A DNA stretch of 64,000 nt from Octopus sinensis (GCF_006345805.1 NC_043004.1:100006001-100070000); one strand, 5' to 3'. Counted from the first letter of the stretch, positions 12,660 through 26,870 are shown. Notes: generated by a model not told the origin, from the sequence alone. A program made the numbers and translations.

Positions 12660-12790
12660 TATATACTGGAGGAAAATTTTCAGAAAGAAATATAAATTGT
12701 AAACATTTAAGAAAAAGTTCTTGCACTTCTCTGCATCAACTTACTTCTCGGAGAGAACATTCGCAAAATCACACAAATAGAACGACCATA
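12660..12790 (+). pseudogene. Possible hAT transposase C-terminal dimerisation-domain remnant
   Basis: Translation YWRKIFRKKYKL*TFKKKFLHFSASTYFSERTFAK resembles the hAT F-x-STY-x-CE-x-TFS motif; only this short motif supports the call. Confidence 0.35.
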
Positions 12791-15700
12791 GCATAAGAAC
12801 AATAATAATTAAGAAACATTGCTCAAACAGTAGCAAATTTTCTGACATTATAATTTGAGGCCCAGGTGAATTTTAAGCGCCTAATATTCCACCTTCTTTA
12901 GAATACCAAGTAATAAATTTGAAACTTATTTTGTAATTAGCTCCTAAGATTTTTCCTGGGTGAGCTCATCTGGAAGATTAGTAAATATACTTTAAGACAT
13001 ATATATGGTTTATATATAATGCATGAAGTGTAGAAGGAGATTTGAATCCGTTCACACGCCTAGTGATCATTGAAAAACAGGCAACATTTATAGATTTTTT
13101 TCCACACATATTTGATTCGTGTTAGAAGAATAACCAAAAGTCTGAGGCTGTTTTAAATGATTTTCCATCATCTCATACTCTTACGAAAACTTAGTACGTT
13201 ATTTTTAGATTTAAGAAGAAAATAAAAACGTTGCGCGGTCCTGATAAAATTCATCTCCCTAAATTTTGTTCTCCCTATCTGGATACTGAATGTAAATTTG
13301 AAATCTGCTTTTTGTAAACAGTCACGTCAGATTTCCGTGGGGTTGAGCTAATTTGAAAGCTTGTTAAATGTACTCTAAGGAATATACAGGGTTTCTTCTT
13401 GATGCATGAAATGTAAAAACAGTTTTTGAGGGTTGAATCTTAATACACAGTGAGGCATTACTGAAAGAAAAAGAGGCAAAATTTATGGATTTTTTGAGAC
13501 CTCTCTTCTTAACGTATATGCAATTTAGAACGAATGAAGTTTTATCAAATGTCTAACACTCACCAAAAACCAGAGCTGAAGACACCTCCGAAAGGGGGCC
13601 CCGCCACGTCAAAACGGTAGAGGAGTAGGGGCCGAAACCAGACGTGGTTCCTCCTGATGATGTCTTGAGCTAACTGGATCATATAAAGGAACTGTTGTGG
13701 TAGCAGACCACGAAACACGGTTGTAATTCCCCCATTGTGTAGCTGCTATAACATAGCAATTGACTGCATCTGTGACAGACATGTTCAATGTTTCGCATTG
13801 GGGACAAAATAAGAAAAAGGTCTTCATAAAGTATTATGCTCTGTATTTGTATGTACTTACCTATCACAAGGGTCCCATTTTTATATCGTTGACCCCTGCT
13901 ATTTTGTAAAGAAAATACGTGGTTTAACTCAATGTTTCCTTTGCAATCTCAGAATCTATTTTCACACTGCAGTAATGAAAAGACAGAAAAATCTCTTGGT
14001 ACTTACACTCCTAATATATCCTTTAGCGAGAACAAATGATAAATGTTGTTTGTTCGACACAACGTATGTGGAATTTTAAGTTGCATCAAGTATATATATA
14101 AATATCATTTTACCTTTGATCCTTCAAAGACTAGGTGTCTCAAAACGAGACTGTAGTAAAGAGGAATATATTCATTTTATGATTCAGCTGACAAATAACA
14201 TGCTTGCAAACTTTCTTCTTTCCACTGCCTTTCTTTGATCTTCGTGACATAGGTTTAATGTACGAGTTCCTGATTAGGTAAAAGTTCAACCAGCCTAAGG
14301 AAGGTTTCATTGTAAGCCTCAACCATAAGATGATAGATAGCATGGAATGCTAACGCTTTTTTCGTACTCAAATAATGTCATTAAGACAATATTGGGCCAA
14401 TAGCACATCCGTTATACTTTGCTTAAACAGAAAGTGTTCCCAGCTTCTCCCACATTGTTCTGTTTCATTCGAGCTCCCTCTATGTGTAAATAGATTTATT
14501 CTTATTATTTATTGATTCTTACATATTGTCACACAATTTATTTTCGCAGTTTTTCTTGCGGTAGACCATCAATTTTCTGTTGTCAAAATTGATGCATTAA
14601 CCCCACGTTTCCCAAAGAGTTGACTTAGTAAACAAAAAACGACAAGATAATATCTCTTGGATATTTCACCCTCCTTAATCACGTGTTTAAAGATGGCAAC
14701 TGGTAAAGATTGCTACTCACCATTGCTTTAAAATGTTCTGAACAACAGAATGTCATTCTGACACGAAAGTTTCAATGTTCTTTCTATGTCTTAATATTAA
14801 ATTCCCAATATCAAATCAATTGCGCTGTCATTGATGTTTTCTTTTTCAGATTGTAACCTCTAAGTTACATCTATTTCCTATATTCGAACAAAACAGGCTC
14901 CTTCGATAAATTTGATAATATAATACAATAAGAATTACACAGCACGTGCTTGAGAATAAGGGTTTGAAATAGAAAAAAAAAATAGACAAACGTCAATCAG
15001 AGTAATTTTTACATAAATGTCTATCTGAATGTGCATAAATATTTTCATGTTTACAAAGTCAATTAAATCGTGCATCTTACAAAAACGTTCATATCTATTC
15101 TCAAAGTCAATTGGATATTTTGTCATGTAAGAAAAAATATCGAATTGATATCGAGAAGTGAAAGAAGTCAAGTTCTGTGATTCGTTCGGTTCGGATATGC
15201 CTCTTGTTAAGACTCACCGAACGAGAGTAGTTGGAGGTTATAAAAAGCAAATAAGTGAATCGTTCTAACGTTTTGTATTTGTGTCACCCGTGTGCTATTG
15301 GATCATGGAAGAGGCGCAAAAGCAAATAAAGTTAACATAGGTGTTTCAGTTTGGTGGAAATAACCACTACCACTTCATTTCTAATTAATATAACCTGAAT
15401 CATGCTTTGAAGCCAATAGCAGAGAATTGATTCTGTTCTCTATCTTGCTTGTCCGACTGTAAGTAGACTGGGAAAATCAGTTTTTCATCTCTTTGTCTTG
15501 AATGAATCGAAGAAAAACTTGTTCTGTTTAAATAAGTAAAAGATGTCTCACAGTGTACTAGTCTCTGAGAATCTAGAATTAGTGATTAGCTACAATAAGA
15601 CTTGCGACGAGTCAGTGAAGCGAAAATGTTAGAATTCGAATACATTAAGTATATAGAATTTTTACTGAAATGAATTGCTTTGATAAGGATATAGGTTTTA

Positions 15701-16032
15701 GACCTGTGTTAAATACTGGATCGATTATAGGGCATCCAATTATAAATCTTGGTTATTTTGTGGTTCTGATTATGTATATGTATATATGTGATTGTCTTTC
15801 GGTGTGTATGTGTTTGTGTCTGTGTGTGTCTCTGTGTTTGTGCATGCAAGCGTGTTTACGTGCATGCGTGTAAGTGTCCAGACTTCATAATGGGCAAACA
15901 TTTTTTGGATACCTTCTTTTGATAACTGACACATAGATAAATGAAGAGAAAGATATATATACAGAAAGAGAGTAAAACTAGTGAGAAGTGGAAAGTAAAT
16001 GAGTTTGTGTGTGTGTCTGTGTGTGCGTATAC

Positions 16033-16130
16033 ATGTATGTATGTATGTATGTATGTATGTATGTATGTATGTATGTATGTATGTATGTATGTATGTATGC
16101 ATGTATGTATGTATGTATGTATGTATGTAT
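16033..16130. repeat. (ATGT)n microsatellite
   Basis: Direct reading. Confidence 0.95.
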
Positions 16131-16559
16131 TCATTAATGAAAGCAAATAATTCAAGTACTGCAACGGAATAACGGCGTTAAAAATATGGACACGTCGGTG
16201 GAAAGGAAATGAGCTTGAGGCAAGGGCCAGTAGAGAATTACAGCAATGCTGGTCGTATTCTCAAGATAACAAACCATATTCTCAAATGTTTTTAGAATTT
16301 CCTTTAGTGTTAAATTAACGTTCCTTTGTAGCGAAATAACTGATTGATCAGTCCATGTAACGAAATTCATGTTACTGCTAGGGAAAACTTCTTATTGTAT
16401 CACAACATACTTCTATAATTTACTTTCTCAGAATATTCTCAGGTAGCTAATTGCAAAAGGTATGTTACAGAACTCATCAAGTAGCTGATTAGTTACAGGG
16501 TTTAAGGCCATGAGTAATCTTAGGTGCAAAAATATTGGAAATCACATGTACGTGTTTGT

Positions 16560-16682
16560 ATGTGTGTATGCATATGTATGTGTGTGTATATATATACACA
16601 CACACATATGTGTGTGTGTGTATATACGTAAATATATGTCGATATCTATCTCTCTATCTATTTATCTATCTGTCTATCTACG

Positions 16683-16751
<69 letters not shown>

Positions 16752-16793
16752 GCATGTATATTTATGTATATACATGCATATATATATCCATTT

Positions 16794-16842
<49 letters not shown>

Positions 16843-16860
16843 TGTATATATATATGTGCA
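16560..16860. repeat. Compound (TA)n/(CA)n/(TATC)n microsatellite
   Basis: Direct reading. Confidence 0.95.
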
Positions 16861-18544
16861 TGATCATATTTAAAAAGCCCTCCAGTTTAAACGTCTGTAG
16901 TACAGTCATTTAGATTAATATATATGTAGAATGTAGATAAGTGCCTATATGTATATGTGTGTAGATACGCATATATACATATACAGACAGACATACTATG
17001 TTTTTTCCCCCGCCTTCTTTCATTTGTTTACTTCCTCTTCCAAAAAAAAACAAAAAATTTTTTTCTTACTTTTTAAATCTGTTTATTGACTGAATATTTT
17101 GTGAAGAGAATTCAGGAATATTTTGATTGTCTACTGTGTTTGGAACGTCTCCAAGCGTTTTTGGTTATTTTTTCCCTTTTCTTTCTTGGCTTTTCTTCTT
17201 TCTGCCGATAGTTTTGAACAGTGATATATCTCTAGAGTTGAGATAGGGTAGCACCCCAAGAAGATTTGGCAGCGGAACAAAATATACGTATGAACTAATT
17301 CATAAGGTTAAAATCATTTCGATTAATTCAAGATATTCATGGAGTTGTATTGTTTCTTTATTTTTTTTACTTTTGTTATTACAGTTTTTCTTTTGTTTTG
17401 GTTTTGCTTTGCTTTAATTTTTTTTTTTTTTTTTACTTTTGTGTTTTATTGTCGGTGTTTGTGTTGGAGAGTTTATATGCTTATTTTCACTCTTGTAAGC
17501 GTATGCAATGGATCATTGGTTCCAAACTTGCAGACTCCATCAATTCCCACCCACCACCATTCTGCAAACATACTAGAATTGCTTAAGAGAAGAGTTATGA
17601 ATGAAGTTATTCCTAATACAAAGAAAAATCGAAATTGCTGACTAAGATTTGGCGCTGTAGTCCATAGAGTTGAGATCAGTTTTAGTCATTTCGTATTGTC
17701 GGGTAATTAAGTGTATTTACATTTTTGTTGCATGTCAGTGTGAAAAGAGAATAGACAGCACTGTGGACCGAATAGGAGAAGGAGAACTATTATCTTACCA
17801 TCAAAAAGCTTATATACTTGAAGCAAAGGAAGTCCACTACAGAAGGTCAGAAATGGCTATTCGATCCAAAGAGACATTTATCACTTATATATCTCATATC
17901 ATGAAACACGAAGTGAGGTCTGAAAAGCCATATTTTATATTTTAAAATAGGAATATTAACTCGTCAATGTTACTTTTATAACATATCACGCACCAGTATC
18001 TTTGACATATTTGTAAAATGGAGGGAAGTACATTGACTGGCATAGAAACACATATATTCTTAGAGCAAACTATTAATACCAAGTGTCGCTTCCTGGTTCT
18101 TACATGCAGCATATACCGAATATCGATTAACTAGCACGCAGTGCAACACTCAGAGTCCATTGCATGCTTTTCACACAGGATTAGCTGTGAGAATTAGAGA
18201 ACGTAAGCTATACGACTATCTATTGAGACAATATTTGAGTTACACCTGGTTGCTCTGGCAGAATATAATATTCTACATTATATTGTTTACCTAGCAGACA
18301 GAAAGAACTACCAGATCACCTAGGGATAATGATGTTTCCCCAAATGGAATAGTTCCTTCATCTATGAGTATGTAAACACTAGCATATGATATATAGCCTA
18401 CCACTCACAACATCAGCAAATCCAACCATTGTATTACACAAAGGTTTGGAAATATTTCTATCATGCCATATATATATATATGGAATGCAAAATACATTGC
18501 TCCGGTGGGGATGGGGAAGATGGAGGAAGGAAGAAATTGGCACA

Positions 18545-19445
18545 AAAAAATACCCTTGGGCTTACATGTGTCCCGATCGGCAAGGATAATGTGCCAACCT
18601 CTATCAGCACATTCAAATTCTGAATTCCAACGTCATGCACAGCGATCCCCGGCAACACACCGGATATGAATAAAATCGAGCCACCAGATATGAGTGAAAA
18701 AATTTGATACTTAAAAAGGAATGTAAAAATACTTTCCGAAGGATATATCGTAAACAATTCATAATTATTTATGAATATATAGGCGTAGGAGTGGCTGTGT
18801 GGTAAGTAGCTTACTAACCAACCACATGGTTCCGGGTTCAGTCCCATTGCGTGGCATCTTGGGCAAGTGTCTTCTGCTATAGCCCCGGGCTGACCAATGC
18901 CTTGTGAGTGGATTTGGTAGACGGAAACTGAAAGAAGCCTGTCGTATGTATATATATATATGTATCTGTGTGCGTGTTTATGTATCTGTGTTTGTCTCCC
19001 TAGCATTGCTTGTCAACCGATGATGGTGTGTTTACGTCCCTGTCACTTAGCGGTTCGGCAAAAGAGAGACCGATAGAATAAGTACTGGACTTACAAAGAA
19101 TAAGTCTCAGGGTCGAATTGCTCGACTAAAGGCGGTGCTCCAGCATGGCCGCAGTCAAATGACTGGAAGAAAAAAAAACTTTTATGAAATGTATGATTAC
19201 ATATTTTGTCATTGATATATTCATAAATAATTATGAATTGTTTATGATATAGCCTTCGTAACGTACTTTTACATTATTTCAAATTATTTAATTTTTTCAC
19301 TGATATCCGGTGTGTTGCCGTGGCTCGATTTACCGGTCGTTTTCTCATAAACGCTGTGCATGAAGTTGGAATTCAGAATGTTAATGTTCAGATAGATGTT
19401 GAGACATTATTCCTGCCGGACGGGACACATGTAAGCCCCATGGTT
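18545..19445. repeat. Foldback element with diverged inverted arms of about 230 bp and a SINE in the spacer
   Basis: 18545-18778 aligns to the reverse complement of 19213-19445 (gggcttacatgtgtccc, attctgaattccaac.tcatgcacagcg, taaacaattcataattatttatgaatatat). Confidence 0.8.
18782..19177 (+). mobile_element. Full-length SINE family A
   Basis: A box tggctgtgtgg, B box ggttcagtccc, internal TA/GT microsatellite, 3' ggcggtgctccagcatggccgcagtc. Confidence 0.95.
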
Positions 19446-19764
19446 TTTTTCTTTTTCTGTGTGTGTATCAGTTTGTATCTACAGGAATGTCCTCTTGAAG
19501 AGAAGAGTAGAACTTTTAGGTTCCTAATTTCGAAATTACAATAGAGAATAAACATTTATTTGTAAGTTGTGAATTTTATGTCATGTCGCCCACTGACAGC
19601 TTTATTGTGAAGAGATAGAATATGAGTGTTTATAATGGCTTTATAGCTGTTTTGACTGCTGTTTCTAGACATGTAAGGGGATTTTTCAGCCCACTCCTTT
19701 ATAATTGTGATTTATTCATAATTATACACACTTCTTTTATATATATATATATATATATATAGGC

Positions 19765-19960
19765 AGAATTCACAAAAAATCAAAAGACGACCGCAGGTGG
19801 TGTAGACAAAAAGATGTATTAGTATAACGCTCGAGAAGTGAAAAAGTCTTTAACGTTTCGTGCCTACGCTCTTCCACAGAAAGGAACACAGAAAGAAACA
19901 AGGAGATAAAATAAAGAATGTGTACTGGGTAGCTATCTATGATGCAAATGCCGAACAGAA
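19765..19960 (-). mobile_element. Short hammerhead-bearing PLE-type element (family H1) ending in (TA)n
   Basis: Homologous to 50480-50656 and 52000-52172. Confidence 0.75.
19848..19883 (-). ncRNA. Hammerhead variant, core CUGUGGA
   Basis: cttt-CTGTGGA-a-gagc gtag gcac-GAA-acgt-T-aaag; one mismatch in stem II. Confidence 0.65.
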
Positions 19961-20571
19961 GGGTCACGCAGGAGAGCTAGTGTGAAGGGCAGGTAATAAA
20001 GTAGGGGTGATTACAAAACGAAGGTGCGCGTGCGTGAGTATAAGAGAGTTTGTATGTGCGAGTGTAAGACGGCTGGTGATCTTGACGTGTGCGTGTGTGT
20101 ATGTGTAGGTGTGAAGATGTGGGTCTGGGAAGTGGTCAGTGCTGATGTGTGTGTGGTGGTTTGTTGTGATGTGATGTGTTGTGTGGTATGGTGGTGTAAG
20201 GCGTAGTGGTGTGTGGTGTGGTGTGATGGTGTTAGGAGGTGGGGGATGCGGGAGTGGGGAAAGCAAAGGTAGGGTGTGGGGTACGCTGCACTAGTAAGCC
20301 GAAATGATCGTTGTCCTAAATAAAGCTTCCAGTAGACTCTGTATTTCGTATTAATCATTTAGAATACGCGCACACACACGCACATACACATACACATCTA
20401 TATATATTACTTTAAAGAGATTTATCGTGTAAGGCTGGAACAATGCGAGAAGATACAAGGTAAACTACAAAAGGAAAAGAAAACAAACGAAGTCAAAATT
20501 GTATTATAGCAACACCAGTCTCTGCATGTCATTTTCCTCTTCCTCCTTCTTCTTCCCCCCACACATCTGAG

Positions 20572-20609
<38 letters not shown>

Positions 20610-21005
20610 ATTCTTTGGCTGAAAAAGCAAAAAGTAAGGCCATGCAGGGGGACATGGAGTTATGTACAGGGTGGTGTTCAGGTAAAGAGTTCGGGCCACT
20701 TGTGGTCAAGAGAGACTTTGAACCGAGCGGTCGTCGGCATCTTCACTATCTCGTCCTGCAGCTTATTCCACGGATCCGCAACCCGGACGGAGGAAGCTCC
20801 TCTCCTTCAATTGAGATGAAATCGTCGCAGGTAGAGCTTTTCGGAATGACCCCGCAGCCGACGTTCTGGAGCAGGAGTGAAGAACAGCTCTTTCGAGAGG
20901 TTACACTTTCCGCTTATGATTTTTTGAGCAAGGATGAGATCACCACGGCGGCGGCGTTTTTCTAGAGAATAAAGGTCGAGCGTCATCCTTTCCATTCCTT
21001 GTTTT
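20572..21005 (-). mobile_element. 5'-truncated CR1-clade LINE 3' end
   Basis: LDLYSLEKRRRRGDLILAQKIISG..LRGHSEKL..RVADPWNKL..FKVSLD matches the CR1 ORF2 C-terminus; followed by a short 3' UTR and (TAAC)n tail. Confidence 0.92.
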
Positions 21006-21111
21006 ATCAATCATACTGAAGTAGTGGTCCTAACACCGAAATGTAAAAACATGTGGTAAAACTACAAATTTACATTTGCTTTCTTTTCTGTTTCGTTTGT
21101 AATGCACCTTC

Positions 21112-21881
21112 TACACAGAATTATTCATGAAGATGTGAACATGAGAAAAATTTGGGCAAATTCTGTTCCCAGGCTGCTCAGTGGCGAACAGAAGGAAACA
21201 CGCCATTGCTGACGGCAGTGAGGTGGTTGAGGTCATTAGCTCTGATCCAAGAGTATTTGAATCTCTCGTTAACTCAGACGGAAGCTGAATCTAGTGTTAT
21301 AATCCAGAGACCATGGGATAGATTGCCCGCTCGAAGTATCCTGGCTTCTACAGACCGAAGGATGCCAGGCAAATAATTTCCAACGGGAAGCTCATGGAGA
21401 TTCAGTTTTTCAACAAGATCATTCTCTGTATCCTTCTGGCTAGACGGTCAACGAAGAGTACTTTGCGGAGGGTTTGAGAGAGTTCAGGAAGAAATTTAAT
21501 CGCAAAAATACCAAAGCTCTTATACTCGTGTGGTGGCTTTTGCACTAGGACAATACTCCAGTCCATAATTACCTCATAGTAACCAACAACTTGACAGAGA
21601 TAAGCATCAAATATTTTTCTCATCCTCTCTACAATGCGGGTCTGATATTTTTGTTTATCCACAAGTTGAATGGGAACCTCAGAGGTTGTTGGCTTGCCGA
21701 CATTAAGAAGTTGAAGGCGGCTGTAACAAGGGCCTGGACACTTGACTTTCGAAGACAAACATGGGACCCTTCACGAATTGGCTGCATCATTACAATAAGG
21801 GCACTGAAGTTGGAGCACTAGAGTTTTAAACCCAATATTTCACCTGAAAAAAGACTCAAAGCTTCCATATTGCACCATGTA
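21112..21881 (+). mobile_element. Degenerate mariner transposon (3' two-thirds)
   Basis: HRIIHEDVNMRKIWANSVPRLL, CYNPET, RPKDARQ..GKLM, TVNEEYF, H*DNTPVH and HPLY: decayed mariner DDD transposase motifs with many stops. Confidence 0.85.
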
Positions 21882-21918
21882 GTTATATCGAACGATCGAT
21901 TTATTGATCGACCGATAA

Positions 21919-22100
21919 CTAGATAGATAGATAGATAGATAGATAGATATATAGATAGATAGATAGATAGGTAGGTAGATTGATTGTTTGATTGATTGAT
22001 TGAGTGATTGATAGATACATACATAGAAAAATAATATATATATATATACATACATATATACATACATACATACATACATACATACATACATACATACATA
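21919..22100. repeat. (TAGA)n/(TTGA)n/(CATA)n microsatellite
   Basis: Direct reading. Confidence 0.9.
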
Positions 22101-22102
22101 CA

Positions 22103-22240
22103 TTCCATCACTGGAACTGTAAAAATCTGTAAAGCTTTCCAGAAGTTTATCATTAAAATATATATGAGCATGTCTAGATATGCAACTATATGCCTGACAA
22201 TACATACATAAAACAAAACATACAAATCTGCACATATACA
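22103..22240 (+). mobile_element. Short 3' fragment of an RLE-type LINE inside a (CATA)n array
   Basis: SITGTVKICKAFQKF followed by a UTR (gcatgtctagatatgcaa..aaacaaaacatacaaatctgcacat) homologous to 23150-23260. Confidence 0.7.
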
Positions 22241-22422
22241 TGCATACATACATGCATACATACATACATACATGCATGCATACATACATACATACATGCA
22301 TGCATGTATACATATATATATATATATATATACATACATACATGCATACATACATACATACATACATACATGCATGCATACATACATACATGCATGCATG
22401 CATACATACATGCATGCATGTA

Positions 22423-22465
<43 letters not shown>

Positions 22466-22511
22466 ATATAATACATACATACATACATACATACATACAT
22501 ACATACATACA
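22236..22511. repeat. (CATA)n/(CATG)n/(TA)n compound microsatellite
   Basis: Direct reading. Confidence 0.95.
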
Positions 22512-23420
22512 TGGACCAACAACCTGATAACTTACTCTCACTTTGAAGTGTATACGTTTGCAATCCAGGAACAGGAATTGGCAGCCCAGTATCTGATGCA
22601 CAAAAAAGACAAGAGACGCAGGAAAAACACCAAAATGTGAAACTGATGCTGACTTTGTGAAATTAACACCGAGGATATCACCCACATCGTCAGCAATTGT
22701 CTAAAAATGCCATCACGTAAATATCTATCAATGAGACATGATGTTGTAGTCAAGACACTCTATAATGAAATCCGCCAAAAAGATAATCCTGAGGCCAGAG
22801 TGATAAGAACCCACAATATGGTAGAGGTTATAGCCATTCATAATATGAAAGATTACTGGTAGAATGTCCCAGTGAAATCCACAATAATATGCAAACATAT
22901 TAGACCATACATGGTGATTTGGAGAGAGAGTAGAACCTATATATTGTAGTTGAAAAAGAAAACACCTACGATGAAATATTGAGAATTTTACAGTTACTTT
23001 AGTCGGATTACAATTCAGGTTTATACTTTCAATTATTGGGTCACTGCAATATGTAACAAACTGCATAAGCACCAATCTTTAGAAATTAGGCTTTTCAAAA
23101 CCAGAAATGAGAAAGCTATTTCGAAGATTATAGATTCAATTCATGAATGAAAATGCAAATATTTGTAAAACTTTTCAGTCTATATGCGCATGTTTAGACA
23201 TGCAAATATATGCATGAAAATGCATATATGAAACAAAACATGCAAATTTGCACATGCACTGAGGGGAAAATACTGCTTGCATTTTCACAAACATACACAA
23301 ATAACCATTTGATGTTGTTCAAATATCGAAGAGCATTGGATCTCGGTTAGACATTGTCACTTTCGCTATTGGCAAGAGAACTTGAAATATAAGTGAATAA
23401 CAAAAATATATACATACATC
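22512..23420 (+). mobile_element. 5'-truncated degenerate RLE-type (R4/Dong-like) LINE
   Basis: WTNN..SHFEVYTFAIQEQELAAQYL, EDITHIVSNC, MRHDVVVKTLYNEIR, YW*NVPVKS and CKHIRP: zinc-knuckle and RLE motifs. Confidence 0.85.
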
Positions 23421-24379
23421 GGAAGAAAAAACTGTCCTGGAATAAAAAAAAATATCTCTGTTATTGAATACGTATATAAATATCAGCACACAGAGTACTG
23501 GTGGAACTTTCCCATCTATGTATCTATCAAGTGTAAGCCTAACAGGCCGTACATTGTTATTTGAGATTAACAAGAAAAATTATATACCACCCCATAGATG
23601 TGAATATCCCTCTGAGTATCAAAGAGACAGAAGACATTTATGAATAACTGCTTCGAAATCTCTAGCTTCTATATCCAAATTACAAATTTACATTTATACC
23701 AGTAATAATTGGAACATTTGGTTTTGTAAATAAATCTATGTCAGTCTGAATAAACTTGGATTTATAGAAAAAGAAAAAAACAACGGCTAACTCGCACATT
23801 ACAAATGTAACCTGTAAGCGGCACAGTGAAACTATGCAAGACGTCTCTCAGGTTTCAAATGTGACATTGTTTTCGTTACCTACGTTCCAATGATGGAGCT
23901 TTGTATCTTTGTTACATACCAGCTCCTACTTCAGAGCAAGAATTTTTAATGATTAAAACCAACAGAAAGATTCATACATACGTACATACATGCATAGAAA
24001 TGCATGTGCGTACATACACACATACATGCACATGGAAAAACAAATAGACAAGGATGATAATCATGGTTAATCGAAACAGTAAACTAACTCGTATAAAGAC
24101 AAAGACACTTCGTAACTAAGAAATTCTTGAGTGACCTTTCAATCAGGTTTTATTGTACCTTTCGTTCTAGTGGGAAAAGCATGTGGATTTCACCTCCAGA
24201 AAATTATCTTCAGTACACTTCAATTCATCTATTGTCGCTTTTCATTACCGCTCGACATTCTTCATCACTTAATTAGATTATTTCTGGAAAAGTTTACACA
24301 GATACCTGTTTCAAGGTACTCATAGTTATGCAGAGAGCTGTTCATTATACAATTATTCCATTTACCTACATATATGTAT

Positions 24380-25165
24380 TAAAATGCATGCATACAAGCA
24401 TACATACATGCATAAATATATATATATATATATATATGTATATCTATAATTATACATATACACACACACATACACATATATATATACATACATACATATA
24501 TATATATTTGCATACATTTGCATGTCTACCTCTGCAAGCATTTGCCTGCGTGTGTATGTACGCGTAGTTATATTAGTGTGTAGCGCTGTATCATTAGAGT
24601 TCAACAATGCATCGGTGTTCACCATTAACATAATGCATATATACATATGCATAAATTCATATATATACATATGCATAAATGCATATATATATATATATAT
24701 ACATACCTTCGAGTGTGTCTGTATGCATTGATGAATATTAATATGAATATTAATATTTGTTTGCATGAATTAGGTTGTTATATATGTGAATGGTTCTAAA
24801 AGCAGGAATGCATTATAGATAACACTATTCGTTCAACTTGAATTTCAGTGATTAAGAAAGAAAGGAGAGACAAATTCTTCAAATAGATATAATTCATATT
24901 TAGAAATTACAAATGCGTTGTGTGTGTGTGTGTGTGTTTGTGCGTATGTGCGCGAGTATGTGCATCTGTGCGTGTGTGTATGTGTACATATGTGTGTGTG
25001 TGTGTGTGCGTGTATTTGTCATGTGTGCGTATGTGCGCGTGTGTGCGGGGGTGTGCGCGTGTACCTGTGGAAACTTTATGTATAAGCATGTATGTTTGCA
25101 TGTAAATGCCTGCATATATGAGTATATACAAATATACAAGTTTATACAAAACTATATGTATGAAC

Positions 25166-25216
<51 letters not shown>

Positions 25217-25227
25217 ATACATACATG

Positions 25228-25258
<31 letters not shown>

Positions 25259-25418
25259 GAACATGCATATATATATACACATATGGAATTACATATGGAT
25301 ATATACACATGCACACATTTCTACATTTATAGAGGTGTATTAGGCTACATAAATATTGATGATATAAACACATAAATATATACGCATACATATGTATATG
25401 CTTATATATATGTATATG

Positions 25419-25480
<62 letters not shown>

Positions 25481-25560
25481 ATATACATATGTATACATAT
25501 GCATATATATGTATAACTATATATTTATGTATGTGCATACATACATATATAATTTGCATC
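24380..25560. repeat. Compound TA/CA/GT microsatellite-rich region
   Basis: Direct reading. Confidence 0.85.
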
Positions 25561-26589
25561 CATGCGCAAACATATACGTATAGTTGAGATTTTTCGTAAT
25601 GTCGGATTATTTCGCCATATTAATTTAGGATTCTTCTTTCTTGCCATTTTAACTCAAACCTTTTGGGAACCGCTTTTAAATTGTTCGTTAATTCCCTCCG
25701 ATTCCCCAAGGAGAACGTCCATTTGTATTGTTAGCTTACACACAATTTGAATCAATGCCATTTCGAAAGATGAAGGGAATCACGCAATTAGAAAACGAAA
25801 TCTTAATATTCATTCTTACCTTTAATCCGCTTTCAAATTTCCTAATTTTAAATCGATGTCTCCGATTGTTAAGGTAAATTATACAACCACACGAGTCCAA
25901 AATTTTAAATTTCAAAGCTAGACAGTTCTTCGATGCATTTTGTGGTTTGTACATTGATTACATGTTACAATATTCCAGTTTATTTGTTTGTGTGTTTACT
26001 TGTTTTTGTTTTGTTTGTTTTCTCTCGAGGCTTTGTGTATGAAATTTGCGTTTGTATGCGATGGAATTTATATACATTAGACATACATATGCGAGTGCGT
26101 GTGCGTGTGTGTGTGCGCATGTATATATGCGTGTTTGTGTATCTATAACTATATATTCACAAACATATATATTTATGTATAAATATAAATATATATACGC
26201 ATATATAAACAGATATGTTACATACATATACATTTGTGTGCGTGTGTGTTTCATGCACGCACAAACACACGTCCACCCGCATATTAAAACACAGATATTC
26301 AAACACACACACAAACAAACACATACACATATATACACGCACTCAAATATACAAGTGACATGCTTTTCGTTTTCCATAACTGCCTTTATGTGATTAAAAC
26401 TCCCCTTGATGGTACATTTTAATACAAGGTGCTAAAACCTGCTTTTTCTCCACAGGCATGATTTTGTACAGATGTTGATGAAAACAAAGGACTGTAGAGA
26501 AGAAGATTATATCTCTTTTGCATGAAGGTCTGTGGTGTGACGTGGTGTCTTACTGCAGATGTTCAAATTCCATGACTCTCTAATTTCGG

Positions 26590-26870
26590 CGCTCTAATAA
26601 CCGTGAGAGAGGGAATACAAAGGAGTGACAGAGAGAGATAGGAGAAATGGAAAGACAGGTAAAGACGTCAACAAGAAACTATGGCATTACAACCAGCCAG
26701 GAAAAGTCTTCGCTACATTTGCGGTACCTGCCAGAGGGAGTGTTTGTCCAGGATAGGACTACACAGCCACAGCAGGTAATGTATCAGGACATGAAATGTA
26801 AAAGCCGGACTAGACTATTTTATGCGCAACTCCATTATCTCCCGAGACAAAAAGGATGCCAACAACAATA
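26590..26870 (+). mobile_element. RTE-clade LINE 3' end with (CAA)n tail
   Basis: YICGTCQRECLSRIGLHSHSR*C is the RTE C-terminal Cys/His motif; ends ggatgccaacaacaa. Confidence 0.85.
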
